Virus record (IMG/VR): IMGVR_UViG_3300021519_000008
Location: 1 to 64,000 of that record
Length of the DNA: 64,000 bases
From: an uncultured virus (IMG/VR IMGVR_UViG_3300021519_000008)
Lineage: Duplodnaviria; Heunggongvirae; Uroviricota; Caudoviricetes
Direction: 5' to 3' (one strand)
Both the position numbers and the translations under genes were made by a program. The notes below the pieces were generated by a model. That model was not told the DNA's origin and searched no databases. It saw only the letters and a list, made by a program, of their open reading frames with translations. Of the stretch, positions 48,701 to 57,678 are shown piece after piece (position 1 is the stretch's first letter; each line of letters opens with the position of its first letter).

Positions 48701-51700
48701 TGCAATTTCTCACATACATGCAGACAGTAAAGATTTAATTTACCCTATTGGAGTACGTATTCTTGAGAGTTTGTTTGAAGCAGACTTAAATACATTTACA
48801 GTATACGATCCTTTAAACACTTATGGTAATAATCAGATTCCTGTTAAGGAACTTATCTGTGGTTATGAATTAGTAAGGGGTAATCGTGTAAACAATAAAT
48901 CAGTTATTGCTAAAGGTCTTATTTACGATGTTGGAACTTTTGAAGATGTTAAATCAGGTAAGAAGTTTTACTATCCTAACTATCCTTACAATGATATCAG
49001 GGAAGATGGTTATATTAAGTCTAGTCCAGATTGGTACAACGCAGCAGACAGAGGAGAAAAGAATGACAACATCCCAGGAATGGGTCCTCACAAAGGATTT
49101 AACACTATTGGATCTAGATACACATTTCACTCACCTGACACACACTTCCAACTTCCTAAGATTGGAACAGAACTTAAAATAGAAACTCTAGAGTTTGGTA
49201 AAGTACAAGGAAAGTTTATTCCTGTATTAGATCATCCTCAATATAAGTTTTTAACCAAAGCTGACTACGGTTTGTCTGCTGTTTTAGCAGATGCACTTTC
49301 TTTAGCCTTTGAGACTACAGCTTCTGCAGTTGATCCTAATACTAAATTAAAAACAGATGGTCTTTCAATCCTAACCAACAATCAAATATTTATAGATTTA
49401 ATTGAAAGACTTATTCCTAATACAAACTTTGCTTATCAGTTTAACTCAGTAGGTAAGTACACAAGTTTTAGACCTATCACTACTAGAGGCAACAGAAGAC
49501 GTTTCTTAGATATTGGATTATACGCTAATGATAAGATAGTAGAATTAAACGATGATAAACCTTTACATAATCGCCTAAGAGAGACTTCAGTTTACCTTAA
49601 GACAAGTGCTGGTTTTTCTTATGAGTATCCTTTTATTCAAGATACTAGTCGTTATACAATAGGAGAAAATAATCTAGAAGACACTCCAGAAAAAGTAACA
49701 GAAAGCGATACAAGAGCTTACTATGCTTCTATTAAACGTGAGTTTCCAAATCAGTATGGACAGATAGAAAACATTAGATATGTATCTACAGGATACATTG
49801 TTGATGTAACTACAAGTTTAAATGGCACAGCAAAGATTCTTAAGAAGTATTATCCTGCATTTGGTGGAGATACTTATATTAATAAGTTTGCTCTTAAACG
49901 TAAACATTCTTTCTTTACTCGTAACTTAGCGAACCTTCCTGCTAAAGTAAATAATGTTCCTTTTGATTATTGGCTTTATCCTAACTTAGGATATCCTACG
50001 TATTATATAGGAGAGTCTCCTGAAGAAATAGATGCTGCAGTTGCTTCAAGTCTTGCTGTAGGAGTAGGAGCAGCATTAACTGCAGCCTTAGCTGCGTCAC
50101 TTACAGGAGCAGCTAGTGGAGTAACACTTAATGCAGCTATCTCAGGAGCACTTGGTACTATCTACAGTTTATTTGTAAAGAAGAATAATCTAGATGCAGA
50201 TCCTAATGGATTCTTCTATCAAAAAGGATTCTTCTACACAGCCTCTTACGGTATACCTGTATTCTATGTAGAGTCAGACATTAACGTAGACTTACGTCAT
50301 GGAAGAAATGATCTAGAAGAAAACTTCTACCCTAACGTAGGAGATGGTATTCCTGATGATTGGTTGCATGAAGTAAACGTACCTATTAAGTTTGATAATT
50401 TCTACAGCTACAATGCTACTTACTCTGCACAGAACTTGAGTCCTAACTTTCCTTACAGATTAAAGTATCCTTCTTTAGAGTGTCTTACCTACCATCAGAA
50501 CAGAGTTATCTATTCAGATCCTGCAAATGCTTCTAACTATCTTTCAGATGCTTGGAGAGTATTCCGTCCTGGTAATTTTTATGATTTTCCTAAACAAGGA
50601 GGTCGCTTAATAGATTTGAATGCAGGAGAGAACGAAAGAGTATATGCTAGATTTGAAAATACAACTAAAGTATACAACTCTCGTATTACCTTAAGCACTA
50701 CTTCGCCTTATCAATTAGAGATTGGTAATGCAGAAATGTTCAAACAGAAACCTGTAGAACTCTCGAAGACAGATCTAGGTTACATAGGAACTCAGCACAA
50801 GGCTTATGTTAAGTGTGAGTATGGAACATTCTGGGTAGACGCTAAGCGTGGTCACATTTATCAAATTACAGGAGAAGGGTTTAACGAGATTAAAACAGAG
50901 AATAACTTTAACTGGTTTAAAAATAATTTACCTTTTAATATCCTTAAGGACTTTCCTGATGCAGACATAGATAATCCACAATCAGGATTAGGCATTGTAA
51001 TGGGATGGGATGAAAGATATGAAAGAGTGTTTATTACTAAACTAGATTATCTAGCACGTAAAGATCTAGTGGGTATTATAACTTATGAGGATCGTAAATT
51101 TTATTACCAAGAAATAAACTTAAGAATAGAAGTTCAGTTAACTAATCCAACATACTTTGAGAATAAGTCTTGGACAGTAGCCTACTCTCCTAAACTTAAA
51201 AACTTTATTTCATTCTATTCTTTCCTTCCTAACTTCTTTGTTCCTTTGTTAGGTCACTTTCAAACTATCATTAATACAGGAACAGGTTCAAGTATTTGGA
51301 ATCATAATTTGTCTGTTTATACTTACCAGACTTACTACGGAATTTTGTATCCTTACATACTAGAGTATAATGTAAATTCATTCCCTCAAGTATCTACAGT
51401 TAACTCTGTTACTTTGATGCAAGACATCCAAGAATACTATTCTGATTACGAGTACTACTCTTTGTCTACCGCAAACAAAAAGAATTTAGCAAACTTTACT
51501 AAAGCGATTATCTACAACAAAGAACAGTCTTCTGGTATTATTAAATTAATTCCTGAAGAGTTCGGTAACACTAGACAGAAGATAACCTATCCTAGAATGA
51601 CAGCAACAGGCATAGAAGCGCTTATCTCTCGCAGAGAACAGCTTTATACCTTTAATGGATTTTGGAACGTTGCAGCGCAAGGAAATGGACAACCACTTTG

Positions 51701-51896
51701 GTCAACTCAGTGGGGAGACTTAGTTACTCAATACCCAATAGACAAAGTACCAAACACTAAGAGTGTAAGACCTGTGTCTGTATCTTACCAGAAGAATAAA
51801 ATTAAATCAGACTTTGCTAAGGTAAGACTTATACAAGATGCTTACTCTAGATTTAAATTTATTAACACCATTCAAATAACACAAACCAATCCATAA
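45792..51896 (+). CDS. Tail stabilisation/muzzle protein with inserted accessory domains
   Basis: 2034 aa; GGSLKGGVY, RTYQRDEVYPFGI, FGGDTYI, SWTVAYS...FISFYSF.P. Confidence 0.85.
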   Translation: MENKINQNTAGLNLDSVNYQIKENMITFALNANVQSHDGNSTTYTNEPSSQICYDFVNLYPGFKITGTLSITEQSKLIVFLAHPDGRSLIGQVTDLGKDCTSLVESETDCGCISGTVLDSTVLSSLIPIAGTGECPTGYTFNSKSGFCEKLITTPIQETVTKKSVISSCRDAEHGTTLTRIYKDTWITQTPPTYHTVVESNLTQSFWFPGGNFSYIKQIGIQADIDNTNNPCGTQETLDFLGFTETICISDTKQYYLGLAADDSLRVSIDGNIVFDFDALDPAKSFATLTDLWARYNLFPVNISKGSHLLKFEYKNKPTGDPGNRGMFAYELYDISLAQLTDPNLTRVILQNSRVLSNGKPITSEIKAPGRILQISYTGTATGTFTIVSAVPSSTSGTGTDAEFKIVVNAGVITSLILQYSGKGYKTGDTLIISSGSALNVTVTVVAASGQQDFIELSQACPVGYTLYVNEDCVASCQKIDQKSAIFPATSVNCCTFTPLVVDNCCDCSDCYEYSVESISKSPYIVNYIDCSGLETNITFPAGQVGVFRARKDKYTLTSDTGIVSERFISQGICVPKSSKCCLGLSPDYPVYSEYRIDNCNTKVYFIAKNISPRFFSLEEPYGKDQCGVLADCLSDSCERLKLFPDFCQADIYPTSINSGGSLKGGVYSFSIAYADENGKELTDYVDFCNPIPIFERYITEQTEYVTSKSIRVTIEHSTAIFDYFNLVVAENINEVTTYQLVGTYRVNQTTNKDSLIYTGEYTSTFSSIVPLIRSPHYTSAGIIDKQTDMLMLGDLTETPKYNFQLLANNIKLRWETVEMPADSKFDYSNPEIAYFFRTYQRDEVYPFGIKFRLKNGKYTDVFHIPGRVASGSDTNTLSKGSSLDVFTVPNDCIVEKDLPTWKVYNTATAGLTPPSNEPSIQEAQYSCKITVKDSGEFAYWESTETYPCYTEVWGALAEQPIRFHKFPENAISHIHADSKDLIYPIGVRILESLFEADLNTFTVYDPLNTYGNNQIPVKELICGYELVRGNRVNNKSVIAKGLIYDVGTFEDVKSGKKFYYPNYPYNDIREDGYIKSSPDWYNAADRGEKNDNIPGMGPHKGFNTIGSRYTFHSPDTHFQLPKIGTELKIETLEFGKVQGKFIPVLDHPQYKFLTKADYGLSAVLADALSLAFETTASAVDPNTKLKTDGLSILTNNQIFIDLIERLIPNTNFAYQFNSVGKYTSFRPITTRGNRRRFLDIGLYANDKIVELNDDKPLHNRLRETSVYLKTSAGFSYEYPFIQDTSRYTIGENNLEDTPEKVTESDTRAYYASIKREFPNQYGQIENIRYVSTGYIVDVTTSLNGTAKILKKYYPAFGGDTYINKFALKRKHSFFTRNLANLPAKVNNVPFDYWLYPNLGYPTYYIGESPEEIDAAVASSLAVGVGAALTAALAASLTGAASGVTLNAAISGALGTIYSLFVKKNNLDADPNGFFYQKGFFYTASYGIPVFYVESDINVDLRHGRNDLEENFYPNVGDGIPDDWLHEVNVPIKFDNFYSYNATYSAQNLSPNFPYRLKYPSLECLTYHQNRVIYSDPANASNYLSDAWRVFRPGNFYDFPKQGGRLIDLNAGENERVYARFENTTKVYNSRITLSTTSPYQLEIGNAEMFKQKPVELSKTDLGYIGTQHKAYVKCEYGTFWVDAKRGHIYQITGEGFNEIKTENNFNWFKNNLPFNILKDFPDADIDNPQSGLGIVMGWDERYERVFITKLDYLARKDLVGIITYEDRKFYYQEINLRIEVQLTNPTYFENKSWTVAYSPKLKNFISFYSFLPNFFVPLLGHFQTIINTGTGSSIWNHNLSVYTYQTYYGILYPYILEYNVNSFPQVSTVNSVTLMQDIQEYYSDYEYYSLSTANKKNLANFTKAIIYNKEQSSGIIKLIPEEFGNTRQKITYPRMTATGIEALISRREQLYTFNGFWNVAAQGNGQPLWSTQWGDLVTQYPIDKVPNTKSVRPVSVSYQKNKIKSDFAKVRLIQDAYSRFKFINTIQITQTNP

Positions 51897-51914
51897 TTAA
51901 ACCAAAACCAAACC

Positions 51915-52310
51915 ATGAGCAACTTCAACATGAAAGAAAAAGAATTATTCACAACAATTAAGCCTGAGATCTTTATCGGCCAATTGTTCCAGTCACGTGA
52001 TATGATGCACTTGACTCACCTACAGACTACTTCGTTTGCAGAACACAAAGCATTGAATGGGTACTATGATGGTATTCTTGGCCTTACTGATTCTCTTACT
52101 GAAACTTACTTTGGTACAATTGGAAAACGTCTTAATGTTAAGATCCCTGCATCCGAATACATGAACTCTAAAACTCATTTAACTTACATGAAAGACTATG
52201 TATTCAAACACAGAGGAGTATTAGGTATGGAGAACACTCACATTCAAAACATCATTGATGAGATCATTGGTCTTATTACTGAAACTCTTTACTTATTAAC
52301 ACTAACTTAA
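51915..52310 (+). CDS. Ferritin/Dps-like four-helix protein
   Basis: HLTHLQTTSFAEHKAL..YYD; NIIDEI...TLYLLTL. Confidence 0.75.
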   Translation: MSNFNMKEKELFTTIKPEIFIGQLFQSRDMMHLTHLQTTSFAEHKALNGYYDGILGLTDSLTETYFGTIGKRLNVKIPASEYMNSKTHLTYMKDYVFKHRGVLGMENTHIQNIIDEIIGLITETLYLLTLT

Positions 52311-52320
52311 AATAAAATAT

Positions 52321-52563
52321 ATGGGTCGTTTAAAAGATTCTTACATGGGCTGCATGGAATGCGGTGGTAAGAAAATGAAATCAGGGGGTAATTGGATCAA
52401 AGGTGCTATTAAGAAGCCAGGATCTTTTACTGCCCAAGCTAAGAAGGCTGGTATGTCTGTACCTGCATTCCGTAATAAAGTGCTTAGCAATAAAGGTGCT
52501 TACTCTTCTACTACTGTTAAGAGAGCTAACCTAGCTAAGACTCTTTCTAAAATGAAAAAGTAA
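52321..52563 (+). CDS. Small basic putative internal virion protein
   Basis: NWIKGAIKKPGSF...KRANLAKTL. Confidence 0.65.
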   Translation: MGRLKDSYMGCMECGGKKMKSGGNWIKGAIKKPGSFTAQAKKAGMSVPAFRNKVLSNKGAYSSTTVKRANLAKTLSKMKK

Positions 52564-53735
52564 TGGTTGTCCCAGGGGTTAACGGTTCTATAATTGCAAA
52601 TTCTAATGCACCTACAGGTTCAAGACTTAAGGGTGCATATAAGAATTCTAAGAAACGTAAGATGGATGATGGGGGATGGGCTAACTGGACTCCCAATACA
52701 GGAAAACCTTACTTAAGAACTAGTCCTGCAGGTAATACAGGTTACTCAGACAATACTAAAGTAAGTAGCCCTGACCTAAACAATAGAAAAGCAGCAGAAG
52801 CTGCTCAGTATGCAAGAAAGGTAGGAAGTATCACTCAAGGTACAGTTAAATCAAATTATGAGAAAGCAAAAGAAGCTAGTTCTTTTGTATCTCAAGCAGA
52901 ACAACGTAAAGGTTCTGCTGATCCATTAGATCATGTATTAGATATGGTTAATCCCGCTTCACTTGCATTTGCAGCAACTGATTTAGTAGGTAATACAGGA
53001 TCTGCTGTATCTAATGCTGCACAAGGTAATTTTAAAGAAGCTGGAAGCAATTTGTTAAATGCTGGGATTAATGCACTCCAAGTTATACCAGCTGCTTCAG
53101 AATTACGTGGACCATTAAAATCCGCTAGTAAATATCTTACTACTAATACAGCATTAAAAAATACATACAAATACAATCCTTTAGCATTTAAACCTAATCC
53201 TGAATCTTATTATAGAGTGATGCCAGATGCAGGTGCTGAAGATTTAATTAATTCTGGATTTGTAAGACCTGCAGAAGGTTCTCCTACATCTTATTTTAAT
53301 AAAGGAGTACCTCTTGATATAAGAAGAGCAAAAACTTTTGGAACTAATACTCGTGAAGCTTATCATGGTTATAAGGGACCATATATGGTAGAATCAAATA
53401 ATCCAAAAGCATTTGATCCCTGGCTTCAGTTTCCTGAACCTAGTTTAAAATTTTATCAAACAAAAGCTCCTATTCCCTCTAGTGATATTAAATTATACAA
53501 AGAAGATTGGTTACAAGGATATAAACAAATTAAAAAACCAGGATTAAAAAAAGGAGGAGAGATAGATAATGATGATGATAAAGACATGGTTAACGGAGTA
53601 GCAAGTATTCTACGTAGGGTAAAAGACCCTAAGAATAGATTGCAATTAGCTAATCAGTTATCAAAACAATTTAATAGAGAAAAGGTAAAGTATGACTTAG
53701 CTTCTTTTTTAAATAAATCAAAAGTAAAAAAATGA
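52563..53735 (+). CDS. Putative internal cargo protein with variable insert
   Basis: MDDGG and LKKGG motifs flank a central domain. Confidence 0.6.
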   Translation: MVVPGVNGSIIANSNAPTGSRLKGAYKNSKKRKMDDGGWANWTPNTGKPYLRTSPAGNTGYSDNTKVSSPDLNNRKAAEAAQYARKVGSITQGTVKSNYEKAKEASSFVSQAEQRKGSADPLDHVLDMVNPASLAFAATDLVGNTGSAVSNAAQGNFKEAGSNLLNAGINALQVIPAASELRGPLKSASKYLTTNTALKNTYKYNPLAFKPNPESYYRVMPDAGAEDLINSGFVRPAEGSPTSYFNKGVPLDIRRAKTFGTNTREAYHGYKGPYMVESNNPKAFDPWLQFPEPSLKFYQTKAPIPSSDIKLYKEDWLQGYKQIKKPGLKKGGEIDNDDDKDMVNGVASILRRVKDPKNRLQLANQLSKQFNREKVKYDLASFLNKSKVKK

Positions 53736-54304
53736 AACAGATGATAAAACGCAAAGATGGATCTTACTCACAACGTGGATTGTGGGATAACATCCGTGCT
53801 AAGAGAGGTTCTGGAAAGAAGCCTACTCCAGAGATGCTTAAGCAAGAACGTAAGATTAAACGTGAAATGGCTGAGGGCGGTAAGATGCCTACAGCTGTTG
53901 CTAAAGCAAGATTCGTAGCAGCCAACTCAGGAAATGTATCTGAAGCTAGACAAGATGCTTCCAAGTACGGATATAAGTTTATGGCTGGGGGTAGACTGAA
54001 GATGGCTTACATGGCTAAAGGAGGAAACATTGCTAAGACTACTAAAGGTCCAGGAGCAAACTATCGCCCTACTAAGTCAGGAGCAGGTATGACTCAAAAA
54101 GGAGTTATGGCTTATCGTAGAGCTAACCCTGGATCTAAACTAAGTACAGCAGTAACAGGTAAGGTTAAAGCAGGCAGCAAAGCAGCTGGTCGTAGAAAAT
54201 CTTATTGTGCTCGTTCATTAGGACAGTTACGTGGATCTAAACAATCTACACAGAATGATCCTAACAGCAGAATACGTCAAGCACGTAGACGCTGGAAATG
54301 TTAA
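53732..54304 (+). CDS. Basic putative internal virion protein
   Basis: GLWDNIRAKR; RRKSYCARS...PNSRIRQARRRWKC; three xxxGG motifs. Confidence 0.65.
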   Translation: MKQMIKRKDGSYSQRGLWDNIRAKRGSGKKPTPEMLKQERKIKREMAEGGKMPTAVAKARFVAANSGNVSEARQDASKYGYKFMAGGRLKMAYMAKGGNIAKTTKGPGANYRPTKSGAGMTQKGVMAYRRANPGSKLSTAVTGKVKAGSKAAGRRKSYCARSLGQLRGSKQSTQNDPNSRIRQARRRWKC

Positions 54305-54329
54305 ACTAAAATAAACTAAAACTAAATAC

Positions 54330-54485
54330 ATGGCAGCTAAAGCATCTAAATCAAATACATCTTCATCTTCAAAGTTTACAGTTAAACCTAAGGTAAGAAG
54401 AAAGGGAGTTGTAGCAAAGACTAAAGCATCTAAGCTAAAGTCTAGCAAAAATTATCTCAAGAAAAAAGTTGGGCAAGGAAAGTAA
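54330..54485 (+). CDS. Small Lys-rich protein (51 aa)
   Basis: Manual ORF MAAKASKS...SKNYLKKKVGQGK with A-rich leader. Confidence 0.6.
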   Translation: MAAKASKSNTSSSSKFTVKPKVRRKGVVAKTKASKLKSSKNYLKKKVGQGK

Positions 54486-55216
54486 TGATAGTCTACAAAG
54501 CAACTAACCTAATTAATGGTAAAGTATATGTAGGTTATACAACTAAGACTTTAGATCAAAGAATTAAAACTCATTTAAATAAAGCAAACTGTTTAACTCA
54601 AAAACACTACACTCAAGCTTTTAAATTAGCTTTAAGAAAATATGGTGTAGAAAGTTTTTTTTGGGAGGAACTTGTTGTATGTACTACTAAAGAAGAGGCG
54701 TGTGAAAAAGAGAAAGAATTTATAGCTAAATATAATTGTATTGCTCCATTAGGGTATAACATGACTTTTGGAGGAGAGGGAGGAATACAGTCAGAAGAAG
54801 TAAAAATTAAAATATCAAACTCTCTCAAACTTCGTTACTTAAGTAATCCTGAGTTGTGGACTAACAGTGTTTTAGTTAATGCAGATACAGAACAGAGAAA
54901 GTTATATGCAAAGAAAGCAGTTGCTACTAAAGTAAAGAATGGGTTTAAATACAAAACAGGATTCACTAGATCTATAGAATCTAGAGAAAAGATGAAAAGT
55001 ACTAAAAGAGAAAAAAATGCTTGTACTTGGTATAACTTTAAGACAAAAACTTTTGTAATAGCAGCAGTTCCAGATATGGGTGAACTTACGGGATTATCTG
55101 TTGGAACATTTAATCATCTAAAACATGACAGAATTCATATTACTAAATGTGGGTGGCTATACGTTCCAAAAGAATCTTCTTACATAGAATTAGAAAAATC
55201 AGTAAAAAAGGGTTGA
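54485..55216 (+). mobile_element. Free-standing GIY-YIG homing endonuclease
   Basis: IVYKATNLINGKVYVG, R...H, GYNMTFGGEG. Confidence 0.9.
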
Positions 55217-55257
55217 GAAATCAACCCTTGCTTTTTTATCTTAATCTTGTATATTTG
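55208..55257 (+). promoter_or_regulatory. Terminator hairpin overlapping a sigma-A promoter
   Basis: AAGGGTTGA-GAAA-TCAACCCTT plus T run; TTG-N19-TATATTTG. Confidence 0.65.
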
Positions 55258-55320
55258 TATAACTGGCTTAAACTCAAGCAGTTATTAACTTTCTATGTTA
55301 ATAACATAAATAATTAAAAC

Positions 55321-57675
55321 ATGTTACGATACTCGCTTTACAAAAAATTTGGCACTGGGGGATCAAATGATACTCCTAATGAAGAAGGCATTAGTATACC
55401 TACTGTAGAAGACTTGAATGCAGTAATGCAAAAAGAGTTTGCTCAACCTAATCCGTCTACACTAGGTAAACCCTTTGCTCCTAAGGGAAGTTATAGGAGT
55501 TCTTTAATGCCTGAAGGTACAATTACTTCAGAAGGAACTACTTATGAGCCTGGAACATTTAACGATGCTTCTAAAACTCTTAATTTTCTTTATAGTAATA
55601 CAGGTACTAAGGCAAATGAAGGTCAGCCTAAGCCTGAAGGCAACCAAGATAACCAAACAAGAGACGCAATCTCTTTAGGACTTCTAGGATTAGATGCAGG
55701 ACTTGCATACAATCAAGACCTAAAGAATGAACGTACTCTTAACGAATCAATACAACAAAGAAATTCTAAACCTCGTTCTGATGTCAACTATCAATATGGT
55801 CGTACAACAAGTGGTGGTACAGAGTTTCAACCTACAATAAAAGTAGAAATGGGTGCACAAATAAAAAAACGTTATGCTTCTAATGGAGCAAATGATGTAG
55901 AGATTGAAGGTGGAGAATTTATCCAACTTCCAAACTTTGAAACAGAAATGGCTACAGGCCCTTCTCACTCTAATGGGGGGATACCTACAAACCTTCCTGA
56001 TCAAACTAAAGTATACTCTAACAATCTAAAGCCAGAAGGTTCTAAGAAGACCTTTGCTCAGATTGCTAAGAACTACGACATTACTTCTTACAAGAAGACA
56101 ATGGATAATCCTTTTGCTAAGCAGGTTGATAAAGACACTGCTAGTATTATGATGCAACGTAATCAAAAAATACTTGATGATTTATTTAATGATCAACAGG
56201 CTCTTAATGGAAATTCTAACGGAGAGATGGAAGCAAAGAATGGAGCAAGCATTAACAATGCAGGCTTCAAAGCACTTCCTCAAAGTGTGCAAGATAAAAT
56301 ACTTGCAGAAATGCAGTACGGAGGATACGCTAAAAGAGAACAAGGAATGTTACCTATGGCAGTTGATGGAGTACAAATAGAAGATATAACTAACCCTTAC
56401 GAAAAAGGAAACTTTCCTCCTAAGTCGGTTTATCCTTATGATCCAAAGAAGGCTGCTATGCCTGCATATACAGCAGACGAAACTACATTTTTAACAGGTA
56501 TGGATTCTAGGTTGTCTCCTAGTCAAGAGATGGTTCCTGGAATACAACCAGGATCTACTAGTGGTGTTTATGGAGATCAATCTAATATGGATGTTTTTAA
56601 TAGGAACTATGATTGGTATCTTAAAGATCTAGCTGCTAAAGGAGAGACTTACGATCCTAAAAGAAAAGGAGATTCTTACAAAGCACAGGTTGCTTTTAAT
56701 GAAGAAGCGTATAACAGATTTAGAAAACAAGGCTTAGGAGAAGAAGACGCACGTAAAAGAGTAAACGAGATTGGCTTTGATGTTAAAACAGGATTACAAA
56801 ACTCGTTAGATGACAAGTTAGGAAAGTATACAGCAACACGTATACTACCTGATGGAACTCCTGTTACTCCTGTTACTCCAACAGGTACTTCAGGTATACC
56901 TCCAGGTACAACCCCAGAGAAAGGTAAAAGTACGACTCCTAATACAGAACCTAGTAAAGAACCTACAAAAGATCCTGTTACAGGTAGAACTTTTACAGGA
57001 GTAGGAGAACCTAATAAAGGAAAGTATATTCCAGGACAGTTTCCTTTGTATCAAGCTATTCCAGAAGCTATGGGACTTGCTCAGTCACAAGAAATTTATC
57101 CATATGCTATTCCTGAGATAGATGCTCCTTATCTTCGTCCTCAGACTTTGAACATTCAAAGCGAGTTACAAGATATTGACAGTATGGCAACAGCAACTCA
57201 GAGAGCAGGTGGAGATCCATTAACTACTTATATAGCAGGACTAGATGCTAAACAAAGAGCATTTGGTGCTAAGCAAAACTACGATGCAAATGCACGTGCT
57301 GCTGCAGATCAAGCTAATGCTTCATCACAGTTTAATGCTGATCGAGTTAACATGACTGCTTTTGATCAAGTTTATAATACTCAAATAGCTAATGCAAGAG
57401 ATGCTCAGTCTTACGAAAAGAATAAACAAGTCAATAGTTTAGTTAATAAGAAAGCTCAGTTTACTCAAGAAGAAAATAAAAAATCTGCTTACATTAACAA
57501 CTTAATTGAGAACTATGATGTTGACTCTAAGGGTAACTTTACTTTGAAACCAGGCAAGAATCCAATTATAAACAATACACCTAGTAAAAACGTAGATGCC
57601 TCTACTACAGCTATTTCTCCAACCAAAGCTAAAACTAAAGGTAAGAACGGAATGTATAAAAAATCTAAATATTAA
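55321..57675 (+). CDS. Internal cargo/ejection protein
   Basis: VEIEGGE...GPSHSNGG motif; position after the muzzle gene as in crAss-like cargo genes. Confidence 0.65.
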   Translation: MLRYSLYKKFGTGGSNDTPNEEGISIPTVEDLNAVMQKEFAQPNPSTLGKPFAPKGSYRSSLMPEGTITSEGTTYEPGTFNDASKTLNFLYSNTGTKANEGQPKPEGNQDNQTRDAISLGLLGLDAGLAYNQDLKNERTLNESIQQRNSKPRSDVNYQYGRTTSGGTEFQPTIKVEMGAQIKKRYASNGANDVEIEGGEFIQLPNFETEMATGPSHSNGGIPTNLPDQTKVYSNNLKPEGSKKTFAQIAKNYDITSYKKTMDNPFAKQVDKDTASIMMQRNQKILDDLFNDQQALNGNSNGEMEAKNGASINNAGFKALPQSVQDKILAEMQYGGYAKREQGMLPMAVDGVQIEDITNPYEKGNFPPKSVYPYDPKKAAMPAYTADETTFLTGMDSRLSPSQEMVPGIQPGSTSGVYGDQSNMDVFNRNYDWYLKDLAAKGETYDPKRKGDSYKAQVAFNEEAYNRFRKQGLGEEDARKRVNEIGFDVKTGLQNSLDDKLGKYTATRILPDGTPVTPVTPTGTSGIPPGTTPEKGKSTTPNTEPSKEPTKDPVTGRTFTGVGEPNKGKYIPGQFPLYQAIPEAMGLAQSQEIYPYAIPEIDAPYLRPQTLNIQSELQDIDSMATATQRAGGDPLTTYIAGLDAKQRAFGAKQNYDANARAAADQANASSQFNADRVNMTAFDQVYNTQIANARDAQSYEKNKQVNSLVNKKAQFTQEENKKSAYINNLIENYDVDSKGNFTLKPGKNPIINNTPSKNVDASTTAISPTKAKTKGKNGMYKKSKY

Positions 57676-57678
57676 ACC

